Shown here piece after piece: positions 1-11,774 of a stretch of DNA of 64,000 nucleotides. This stretch comes from Bugula neritina (lineage: Eukaryota > Animalia > Bryozoa), in contig OZ037765.1 of the NCBI GenBank assembly GCA_964035545.1, positions 26,101,504 to 26,165,503 of the forward strand, read 5' to 3'. Each line of letters begins with the position of its first letter. Position 1 is the stretch's first letter. Under the pieces are notes generated by a model. It saw only the letters and a list, made by a program, of their open reading frames with translations. It did not search any database and was not told the origin of the DNA. The position numbers and the translations under genes are program-made.

Positions 1-351
1 TAATATAATTATTATCCTGACATTGCGGATATCTTATAACTTATGCTACTGAGTTATGGTAGATGGCAGTTCCACCTTTTCTTCTATAGGGCTGAGCAAG
101 CTGGTGACAGAACTTTGCTCTAATACAGCTATTGTGTTTTTTAAGCAAAAAAGATTTGGAGTTGTAGTGTGATTTCCAGCTCAATAAACGACAGAGTAAT
201 TAGATATTTATCCTCCTGAATCCTTATATTGGTTTTTATACCCCATCAATCTTTATTTTATTCTAATAACCACTCCGTGCACCTGTCATCTCAAAAAATT
301 TGGAAAACATCAGCAAATTATTTGTATATTTTTGGCACTATACTGTTATGA

Positions 352-560
352 ATGAGAAATAAGTGGTCTAGGGATTAGATTTTAGAGCGCTTGCTTAGTA
401 AACACAGTCATGGGTTCGAACCCCAGTAAAAGCCATTGGCATTGGTGATGCTAGGAACAGCATAATTGCTTCTGTGCCACACAAAATGAATAAGTCCTTG
501 ACCCCTTTAGAAAAACTTTTTCCTTCAGGGGTTTCTCACAGGGATAGTGACTATAAACTT
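352..560 (+). mobile_element. tRNA-derived SINE, same family as 33351-33587
   Basis: A-box-like TGGTCTAGGGATTAG and B-box GGGTTCGAACCC. Shared blocks GCTTAGTAAA, CCAGTAAA.GCCATT, CATAATTGCT.CTGTGCC, GAATAAGTCCTT and 3' CACAG.GATAGT..TATAAACT. Ends approximate. Confidence 0.75.
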
Positions 561-938
561 GCTGCAGTTTTATTAAAGGTACATATATGATATATCCATC
601 GAACTATAAGTTTTAGTTCCTACCATCTATCAGTCTGGGTAATACAAAGGGTTAAAGATCAAGCTGGGGTATTGCTGGCACACCTAGTTTGGATTTCCTT
701 TCAGAAATCGCTAAGCGAAGCCAAATGTTTCAAGCCAATTCTAACTTTTGATTAGGGGTGTAGAGTTAGGGTTATAGGTAATAAAACACGCCTACCAGGA
801 AATCTATGCTCCACCTAATGCTTTTCCCTCGCATATTTTCTTTTGTACTCAGAAATCAGCGCGGCCATCTGCCCCCACAATATCGGGATTGGTATTCATT
901 TGATGTAAATAACTTTTTTCTGTGTTTCAAGTGCAATT

Positions 939-2700
939 ATGGGTGTCGACATTGAACCTATTACCCCTGGCGATGGTAAGACTAAAATAATTACAATTAC
1001 TGATTTACTAATAGTGGCTCTAACTTTGAAACTGAAAATAAAAGTGTCACGGTGACACTCACTCTGACTGTGAGTGTGAGTGAGTGCCGAGCGGCTAAAA
1101 CTAAAAGTAAAATTGAATCAGTAGGTGCAACTGGAAGCTCAATACTGGGCAGTTGTCAATTCGACAATTGGGCTTTAAGTTTAAGAAGAGGTAAAAGTTA
1201 GCTTTATTACTTATACTTATAGTTATAGTTACAGTTGTAGAGTTAATGTTTTTACTCAGTTAATGTTATACTTATGATAATTAAATTAAGTATAACTTAT
1301 TAACTATAAGTTTAACTTTAAGTTAAAAATAAGTAAGTTTGAGTAATATTTGGATTAATAAATTATATGTAATGAATATAATTAATAAAATGAAGATCTA
1401 ATCAATAATTTAAGTTATAATCAAAATCATAATGATAATGCAAATTGGAATTGTAAAACTAAAAGTTAAAGTTTTACGGACTAGTCCACAGTTTAACTTG
1501 ACAGTTACAGTTCCACATCACGGTCATTGGAACTATTAATTTTACAGCATGATTATAGCCATTAGACGTGGCCTTGCTGATTCAATAGTGATGAGGTCTA
1601 ACATTGAAATTAAATGTTGTGGATAAAACGAAATGTAATTAATTGTCAAATAATCATTAGTTCTAATTTTTATTGCATCAATAAATTTAATTATATGTGT
1701 CCATGATTTTTGTCTCACTATGCTAATGCTAATAGTAATAAATGTGAAACCTCAGATGTACAAAAATAGTGCAATATGAATCTGATGCTGATTTTTTCAA
1801 ACTGAAAAGTGTATATACTATAATTACGTTGTCAAAATGCAATGATTTTATGCAACCTACCCGCAATTTCAACTGTGAAATTGATCATAGATATGGTTGG
1901 CATATTAGTGCATATAATAAGCTTTGACCTGCTTGTTTCAATAACATACATAAAGCTTCTGGTTGTTGTTTAATAAAAAAAAGTCTAGCACAAATGTCAA
2001 TGTTTAACCAGTGTACCTCAAAAACTTTCCTCTATAACAGTCTATTGCTTTTTTATAGGAGTAACTTTTCCAAAGTCTGGACAAACTGTATATGTGCATT
2101 ACACAGGTGAGTAATATCGAAGTAGGGCATTTCCGTACCTATTTAGTTGGCAAAAAACCATGAATGTTGAAAGTAGTTGCAAAGCATATATGTATTATTG
2201 GTGCTAAATTAATACACCAAGTTTTCGTGAAGAAACAATTTTTCCTTTTGTCAAAAATTACCACGCAAGCCACTTAATTCGCAGAAACAACATTGTTTAC
2301 TTCTGCGTTGCCATGTGAGATATGTGCTACTTTACACACAGTTGTCTGTTTATGGCTCATTTAAGGAACTTTGACGAATGGAACTAAATTTGACTCTTCA
2401 AGAGACCGTGGACGTCCATTTGAATTTAAAATTGGAGCCGGTCAAGTCATCCGAGGATGGGATGAGGGAGTTGCACAAGTAAATTTGTAACTTTAAAGTT
2501 AGATTAGTTTAATCGAATTAGTTTATGTTGAAATCTGTGTTCATTAATATTTGTTTAATTCACTTTAGTTGTCTGTTGGTCAAAGAGCAAAGTTGACTTG
2601 TTCTCCTGATTATGCTTATGGACCAAGAGGATATCCAGGAGTTATTCCTCCCAACGCAGTGCTTGTATTTGATGTTGAGCTTCTTGACATTAAGGGTTGA
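939..2700 (+). CDS. FKBP1A: Peptidyl-prolyl cis-trans isomerase FKBP12, 109 aa, 4 coding exons
   Basis: Exons 939-975, 2059-2106, 2366-2478, 2569-2700 with GT-AG junctions splice in frame (330 nt) to [109 protein letters not shown], the classic FKBP12 sequence. Missed by the ORF track because the exons are short. Confidence 0.97.
980..1530. repeat. Degenerate 6-bp-periodic low-complexity tract, FKBP12 intron 1
   Basis: Runs such as TTATAC TTATAG TTATAG TTACAG TTGTAG and AATCAA AATCAT AATGAT AATGCA AATTGG AATTGT. Ends approximate. Confidence 0.75.
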
Positions 2701-2923
2701 GTTACAGCCAACCAGTAGCACATAGTAAAATAAACAAATGTAGTAAAAAGTAACAGCTTAATGTAATATGCTTTGACATTATTGTATTATGAATTTTCAG
2801 TACCTTGTTGTGAAGTAAGTTAATTGCTTATAATTTTGCTTTGCTTACTAATTCTATATAAATGAAATCATCAAGGGTTGGCCATCACAGTTTTATTTTG
2901 CAACAGCGCATAATATTTTGGTC

Positions 2924-5900
2924 TTATTTCACTTTTCCCACCTTTTTATATAACCAAATACTACGATAAATGTCGGCATATAATTTTCTTAAATTGAGTA
3001 AATCTAATTGCATAGATTGTATTCTCGCACTATATAAATTACAAAAATCTGTATCCTTGTAACAAATTGAGAAATTAGAATATTTCTTAGAAGATTGAAG
3101 TTGTCTTTTAATGGATGTCAAGCGTGATCTAATTAATGTCAAAGTCATAGGGATTTTGTCTTTTGATTTTGTCATCATTTCTATTAGATGGTGTACGCTG
3201 CATCTTTGAAGCACAAAAGTCAACATCTCCACCATATTTGTTAATGGCAAGAGAAGTTTTTCAGATCCAGCACTAAAATTCAAATCATCAGCATTAGTAC
3301 AAAATCTGTAAAATGAAGCAATTACATAATATCAAAACTCATTGGCTCTAGTTTATCCAATCAAATTTCTCATTTTTTTTACTTACCTATGTGTAAAATA
3401 AGTTACAGTGGGAACTTTTGTAGCTCTATATTTCCAATCTAATATATTAGTAGAAATGTCCACTCTAGAAAAGTAATGCATCAAGCATTAATAACTAAAA
3501 AACCATCTGTTGTTCCAAACAATCACGCATGCCTAATTGTATATAATAATATTATATACATGTATGAATATAACAGTTTATAAGGGTTGTTCAGAATATT
3601 AAATACCTTTACCTGAAGAAATGTATAGAAGATAGATTTCCCAAGTATCTTGCACAAGAAAGGAATATATGAGAAACAGTTTTACAGTGAGCACACCATT
3701 TTGAGTGAAATAGCACCACAATATCCTGTGAAACAGCCAAAAGATTAATAATAGTAGAGCCATTAAAAATAAACTTTGCTGAATTTATAGTAAACTTTGT
3801 TTACCATTTGAAGGTTACAAAACATCAGAGCAAGGACAATGTATAATAGAGGACAAAGGAAAAATGATATATCTAATAAACCAACCTTTTTTATGATGTG
3901 CTGATTTGAGAGCATATAGTTCAATTCAGAATTATTTATATCTTTAACAGAAGTGATTTGGTCATTACGTCTATGGCTCTTCTTACCAACTGCATGTGTT
4001 GGAGAAAATTTCTTGCTTGAGGTGATACCTGAACCAAATTCTTCAAGAAATTTTACTGAAACATGAATCAACAAACAATTACTGAAGTTGAGCAACACTA
4101 TAGCAAATGGGGGGTGGAATGCTTCACTGAATCTACATAATAGTATATCTATGTGCAGTGTAATTCATGTGATGAAACTTTTGTCGAAAACTCCTAATAG
4201 AACTAATACCCTGACATTCTGAACTTGTGCACTACAGTAGACCATGATTATTAAATCCAACTAGTAAAGTTTGGAGTTCTAACCTATGTTAGGTTTGTTG
4301 TATTTGCCTTCCATGACATAGTATGATTCTGAATGTATATCAATGAGCACCAAGTGACTTTGCACCAGACTACGATTAACTCCAACTCTGTCTATGAACT
4401 CTGTGTAAAGTGAGCTGTCTACAGCAAGACCGTTTAGTGTAGTGTTGAGGGAGCACACAGCGCTATTGTTAGAAAGACGAAGATTGCTGATGCAGTTTGA
4501 TGATTCATGGTCACTATTCATGCATTGTATAGGAGAACAATTTTTGTGTCTAATGATGTAGTCGTCAACTGATCGTCGACTTGGATTGTTGTCTCCATTA
4601 CCACAACAGACCTAGAATAATATGGAACATCAAACTTGATAATTATTTTACACTTCAACAAAAGTGTAAAAAACTTACAGACACATTTAACAGGCTCTTC
4701 ACCTCTTTCTAAAACCATTTAAAAAATTCTAAGCATTTCATTATGAAATCTACTTTAGATGAACTTAAGCTATTCCCATGCATTATATACTTTTTCAATA
4801 TATTTTGAGAAGTTTGATAAATATGTCCTACCCATTTGATGACTTCTTAAAAACATACCTCAGTATTTACGCTGGTTGATGTGATGTCATTTTTTATGGA
4901 GTTACATGACAGATTACGTTGACTGGAACTAAAAGAGAAGTACCCTGGCACAATTTTACTACATTGTCTACAGTAACCACTGCATGGTGCTTGCGAAGAA
5001 CAGACCTGTAAACATTATGTGTTCTATTTACACTGGTTAATTATGTGAGTAGACAGCATAACACTTCACAAACAGAAAAAAACTCTATTACATACTCTAT
5101 AGAAAAAGATTTAAACAAAAAAGTTCAATTCAACACTGTCCTACATACTACGTTTTCAAAACATTCGCTTGACAATTACCAAAAATATTAATATTGTGAA
5201 CAGAAGATATTCATGTTACTATGCACCACAAACCTGACAAGCAGTGCTGGACTTTCCAATACTGTAACAACAGTTATGGGATTGAGCAGGTGGACTTTCC
5301 TTGCAGACCACACAGAGCGGACACGTTGGAGTTTGCTGACGAGATAGCTTAGAGCCAGCTATAAGTGTTGCTATCTTTTTAGTGAGCACCTCAGATGTAT
5401 TGCAAGAATACACGTCTAAAATGACTTCCCGCAACTAAAATATTTACAAAAAAAATCTATAACTTGTCTCAAGTCTTTTAGTTCGGCTGGGATTGTGGTT
5501 TTACTTATTCTCGGAAAATTTTTAATCTTTTTTACATAATACCTAAAAATCATTAGATTTTATTTTCCATATTTTATATGAATTGTCTTTTAGGGACAAG
5601 ATCCATAAAGTAACAAAGTTAAAATATGGAGACGCAAATTGTGTATTCCAAAACAGATGAACAGATAAATAAGCCATTAGAAAAAGCAAAAAGCCTGCTC
5701 TTTTAAAACTTTATCTTATTTATGAAAATTTGAAAACCTTTACTTTTTAAAAGTCTAATGAATCCCTGTAATTGTTATTGCTCATTACAAAGTTCTATAA
5801 ACCAACTTAATATAATTATATAGGCCAGTAATCTTCAGAAAAAGAAGACAACTCTTAACATCTGCATAAAAATTTTCTAGAAAAGTTAGCTAGCTACATA

Positions 5901-8881
5901 TTAGACAATCAAAATTAATAGCCACTTTTGATCATCAAAGATTTAATATCATCAAACAAAAATTAAAAATTGTAACATTTTCGGACTATTTTTGAGAATA
6001 TATGGGATATTAAAATAATTTTGCTTTTAAATTATAAGTTATCACACAGCAAATAAAATATTTAAAATCAGTTGATTAGAATTAATTTTTCAGTCTTTAG
6101 GTAACAATAATATAAAGATGAATCTTTTTAATTTAATTAAAGAACAAAAGACTTTTCTCTAATAGCTAATCATTTTATGCACAAATCTTACCGAGCTTTA
6201 AAGTTCTCTTTGAACTTCAAACTGCAACTTTTTGCTTAACTTAAATCCTAAGTTATTAATTCTGTCGCACTTCATTACTTTCAATATACGAGTATATCAA
6301 CTACTGAACTTCACCATTAAACCGATAAAAGGTATAAAAGCAATAAAACATACCAGGGAAAGGTCTCGATTATATATTGAGCAAGCGTCATGGGGTGTGA
6401 ATAAAATAAGTGTTGGACCAGTCTGTAGTACTTGATATAGAGTGTCACTTTTCTTTCCTTTTGGGAATAGCCACGAGACAAGTGGCTAAAATAATGAAAA
6501 TATCCTTCAGTAATTATGTATGCAATGCGCAGTGTAACGTGAATTCCTAATCTTATTAGCATTAATAAGCATAATTACAAAGTATGATTTTTATCATATA
6601 TAGTGTAGATGCACCAAATAAGCAATTAATCAAAAAAATGAAATTCTAATAGTCTGTTTACACACCATAGCAAAATTGTTTTCTTACTTAGTAATTACAA
6701 ATTCATTTTCAGTCTATCCATATGTATGTATTTATAATAAGTAAATAAAGTAAACATCTAGCTATGTGATATGAAAATGACAAAAGAATTTAAAAAATTG
6801 CAAAACTATGAATAATTCATTGAACTACCACATCTAGTTTTAATAAGACGTCATGCTCAATTTGTACACATACCTTTATTTTATATTTACTTATCCATTT
6901 GGTAATAGCACTTGATGTAAAATTGCCATTAGAAGGGTAAGCCTATAATAAATGAAATGATATTATTGTTAAAATCAAATTTACAAAAACGTCTAACTTA
7001 TTATATAAATCCTCTCCTATCATCACCTATTTCCACTCTGTCCTGTTCGAGTAGCAGAATACCTTTTTATATAAATAACAATGCAATAAATAAATACAAT
7101 AATTATATGCATTGAAGACAACATAATATAATAAATGTGTTTATTTATTACCAGGTTTTCTTGAACACTTCGAACAAGGAGAAGGTTATTGTCTTCATTC
7201 ATTGAATACTGTGAAGCAAACTTCTCGTCAGATAGAACCCCAAAACGTACAGGCTGTATGTAATCTTCAATTTAACAAACTGCTAGTAAAATCCAAATTA
7301 CAAACTTTTGATATATGCTCTAGCCACATAGTTGCAATAACATAATTTACACATTATATAATTTAGAGAGCTTTACTAAATAGATATAAGTATCTAACCT
7401 TTCTCAATAGATCGCAGAGATGCATAGTAGAACTGTTGAAACTTTCCAGCTGGCTCAGGCTTGGATAGATTAAAATATCCAACAAGTGAAGACTACAAAA
7501 TATGTTTAAATTTAATTTTTGGCAAAAAAATGACTTCTTATCTTAACCATATTTTATTGCTATTGAACACATGAGAATAAATTAAAGACAAACCTCTTGG
7601 TTTGAAACAAAGTTGATAAGTTGGCTGGCATTAGATATGTGAGTAATAGGATTCAGTAGAGACTGCATAAATCTAACAAAATAATGAGCTCTTTCAACGC
7701 CTAAAAATATATTATAGAACATTTAGTGGCATAACTACACCACCAAGAATATAAATAAACAAAATACAAATTTTCAATAAAAATTCTTTAAAAACATATT
7801 CAAAGTTAGGCTTTAAGAAAAAAAATAACACCTAATGTGCCTAAATCACCAGAAAAAAATTAAAAGTGAGAAATAATTACTTGCTAATGCCATCATTTAT
7901 AGAAGTAATTATAGAGTAAAATTTCTTTACCTGTGAAAGCAAACCCCATATTCATTCCAGAAGCATAAACAAAGAAAGCTGGAAAACTGTAAAACTTGTA
8001 TTTGGATTTACACTGACTAGATGGGTGCCAACAATTCACAGCTACAAATGGCACCTAAAGAGAAGAGAATAAATATGATGAGTTAAAATTTTCATCTTTG
8101 AGCAAAGATATTGCATGACAAAATACGAGTATTCAGTTAGTGTTTAATATATAAAGCTTACTCGACCATGCATAAATTGTGCAGCTTTTTCGAACTCATC
8201 CCTAGCCTTCATACACTGAGTTGACCAAGATGCATAATACATGACAAACACATAGCCATGCTCTTCCACAAGAGTGGCGGCCATCTTCAACTCCCCATCA
8301 TATGAGTCATACACGACACTTCTTTCAGGAAAAAATGGCTCTGCTGGTTTCGCGGATTGGTATATTGTGAAGGCTCCATCACTCGGTATGCTACAAACAA
8401 CGCAATGCAAACTAAATAAATACACTTTACTATATTATCAATATTAATAAATATACAATTTTTAATCTTTATCTCTATTATACAAAGTTATTGTAACTAA
8501 CTCACAGCTAAGTGCTATCGAACTGCTACAGAGAAATAATTTAACGTAAACGCGCCTTTACCTAGATTGAATTGAGTCCGAGTGAACTGGTGTACTAACC
8601 AGTAAAGCTAGGTTAGGAATAATTCTGGTAGCAAAGAAGCATACAGCTACAAAAATTATCATAATGAAATTACAGGCTCCTGTAAGATGCGTATCTTCTG
8701 GCTCGCTGTGGTTGGTGCTCTCAACATCCAATGAGGCATTTGACACCTCTTTAGTAGAGCACTCTAGTTTGGACTCAAAATTTGTTTTAATAGTATAGTC
8801 ATCTTCACAAACATTCGATGTATTCGGAGATTCACCTAACAGATTTTCACTGATTCCATTTAAATTACTTAGTTGACTCAT
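2924..8881 (-). CDS. TXNDC11: Thioredoxin domain-containing protein 11 (EFP1)-like, multi-exon ER membrane protein
   Basis: First coding exon has an acidic N-terminus plus a hydrophobic segment. Spliced exons give FVMYYASWSTQC..EFEKAA, VPFVAVNCWHPSSQCKSKYKFYSFP, DYIQPVRFGV, a Cys-rich insert, a second Trx site VLFHSKWCAHC and a C-terminal coiled-coil-like exon ending at 2924. Order and motifs match TXNDC11 as I recall it. Confidence 0.88.
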
Positions 8882-9649
8882 TAGATATTCATTTCAGCAG
8901 AAGCTAAATATCCATCTAAAACAAAACGTATGAATGTGTTAATTCAACACACTTGAGATAGCAAACAATGATGCAACCCAAATATGAATTATGCCATTAA
9001 TAGCTTTTGTTTACATTATGTCTAATTTAAAGTATGCTTTAAAGAAGAAATGACAAATTATTAGGAACTAAAAAAGCAAACGAATAGCTAATGTTATTAT
9101 CTTTTAAACAAAAAAGTGAAAAAAAAGTGATTTAAATTTAGAGATTTCATGAGATTTTTTTCTCTGCTGAGATTCTATCTCTATTAGTTAGCAACACAGC
9201 CCTAAATGCAGTAATGAAAAGTTGAGAAAAACATTTGTTTCAGATAAGAATTGTAGCAAAAAAAAATATGTTCTTGCAAAAATTTCAGCTTACTCCCTAA
9301 ACCAAAATTCATTACAGCAATTATTGAGCCTGTGCTTATAAAATTTGTCAGCTACTGCATCTAAATACCTCCAGTAGAGTCTGCAACTGTTCATATAGAG
9401 GTTTAGGGCAAAGGTAAAATAAATTTAAGCATAAAACACACCTGCTAATGCTAAATACTATATAATACACAGCTATATTAATTTAAGGTTCTTTATCAGT
9501 AAGGTGAGAGGAATATGTGACACTTTATGCAAGCAAATATAAAATTAAATGGTTACCCAACTTGAGACAAAAAACTATTTCATTGTACAGTATGTGTTTG
9601 CAAACAACTATAATAATGATATCTTAAACAGCTGTATACTAAAATTGTC

Positions 9650-10290
9650 ATATAACATTGCATCATCATCATGATTACCATTATGATTATCATTATTAAC
9701 TTCAAGTTTAAGTCAAATTCAATAACAATATAAATATTATAACTTCCTTGCAATGTTTATTATAAAATTTCTTCTAGCTTTATATTAAATTTAATTATTA
9801 TATTGAAGTGTTTAATTTTAACAACATCAATCAACTATAAGTATAATATTTGATATTGTCATTATAATTATTATAAAAATATTGTTACTGTTAGTGTTAG
9901 TGCTGTTGTTAAAGTTACTGTTAGTGTCATCCTGATATTTATACTTATCACTAATAATAATACTAACAGTGATAGTAATAGTAATACTAAGAGTAATATT
10001 CAGTCTTAGTCTTTAGTAATAACTAATAACTATAAGATTAAGTATAACTATAAGTATAACCATTTTACTTTTACTTTTACAGTTATACTTTTAGTTTTAG
10101 TAATCAGTAATGGTCACAGACACATGACATAATTCATAGTCATGGTAAAATTCTTAGTGCATTAAGTATGTTATGCATATAGTGCTTATGAGTATCAATT
10201 TTAGAATTTTTACTACTAGTATTATAGCAAAAGACATAGTGACAATAATGATAGTATTCATTTATCATTAAGATTTTCATTTTGATATCA
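9650..10290. repeat. Degenerate 6-bp-periodic tract, predicted TXNDC11 5'UTR intron
   Basis: TTTTAC TTTTAC TTTTAC..TTATAC TTTTAG TTTTAG; TGTTAC TGTTAG TGTTAG; TATAAC TATAAG TATAAC. Adjacent to a minus-strand donor AAG|GTCAGT at 10347. Confidence 0.7.
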
Positions 10291-11774
10291 CTGTGATTGC
10301 AAATATGTTAGATTTGGCAAATCGTCTATGGCTCAAATCAGACTGACCTTGACCCAACATAGTACCAATAGCCAACGGTCCGTGACTCGGAGTTGTGTTT
10401 TCTTTCTTGCATTGACAGTGTGAATTATTGAACTTTAACCTTTCAGCGTCGACTAAACTGCGCTACTGATTCATGGTTACCACATAATGAAAATAGGCTA
10501 ATAATATTAATATATTATTATAATATTGTAAAAGATCACCCTTAGCTATAGATTTCGCAAATAATCGGGAATAAGCTACATCGATATCTTCCCTTTAACT
10601 TTTACTTGCAGAATAGCCTTTACACATAATACATTGTACATTGATAAAAACCATTTCCAACATATCATATATAACACATATTTATGAAATAATAAAGTAT
10701 TTTAGAAAGAACCTACTACATTTTAACTGCATATAAAAAATAATATTGAATGCAAAATTGAATGAGCCTAATACAACTTATTTGTTTTAAAGGAAGAAGC
10801 TTGCAAATTGTACCCAAATATAGCATAATTACAGAAATTAAAAATTGCAAACTACAGTATCATCTGCACTATTTTTAGCCACATTTCACCCAATAGAATA
10901 ACTTTGCCTTGCACGAGTATAACGCATTGCAATTGGTCAAATAAGCATGTGGAATATTTAGTTTTAACACTTCAAGCTAAGCTCATTAGGTCGTTATCTT
11001 TAATTTCTGTTTCTACATGGATGCTTCATTCAACACACTTCTCAAGTTACATTTTTCGATTAAGTCACTTTGTTCCTGTTATTTACAAATATATACATAA
11101 CAAATATGAAGCGTCTATATTTGCAAGCTTCTTTGCGCATCTGACAGTAGCACACTATCTTACAACAACTGGGCAACTATCTGTTGGGTGGTAGAAAAAA
11201 GGTATACATGAAATTTGACTATTAAGCTGACAGCTTAAGGTGGCATCTGACTGATCAGGTAAGTGTTGCACAGAATTTCCTTCCCAATTAGGGCTAAAAC
11301 CATATAATAGCAGTCTTTCTCTTCTGTATATGCGTAGAATATGTATATATATGATGAGCTTACTAATTACCTATTGGTGTCATTTAAATCTTTAATCTAA
11401 ACTGATATACCTGAGGTTGCATTTCGAAGGTGATCGATAAAAGTTGTAAAATATCAAAAATCGTTGTTATACTCAAACAACATGCGAATGTTCTCATAAA
11501 CACTGTTAAGATGTAGTATAAATTAGAAGTATCAGAGGTACTTGTGATTTTACAGCTAAAAGCAAAAAAATATTATTTTTATATCATCAAATAGGTGAAA
11601 TGTGTGCGCCTTTGTTATTCTTTTATAAAACAATATAACAAGCATTTTAGTGCTTCACTAAGCTGCATATTGTAAATTTTTAAAAAAAGAAGCAGACAAA
11701 AACTTAGCAATGATCTGTTAGTGTTTCAGGTTCCAAACAAGCATAAATGTCACAGGGTTTTGTTTTTAGACAAT

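Noticed and set aside
360-430. Possible tRNA gene (A and B boxes)
   Set aside because: No proper cloverleaf; it continues into a body shared with other copies, so it is a SINE head.
750-780. TTAGGG-like telomeric units
   Set aside because: Only two imperfect units; not an array.
4279-4718. Apparent frameshift between two adjacent TXNDC11 ORFs
   Set aside because: The real exon starts at an acceptor near 4611 and reads VCCGNGDNNP..QCMNSDHE in one frame; there is no frameshift.
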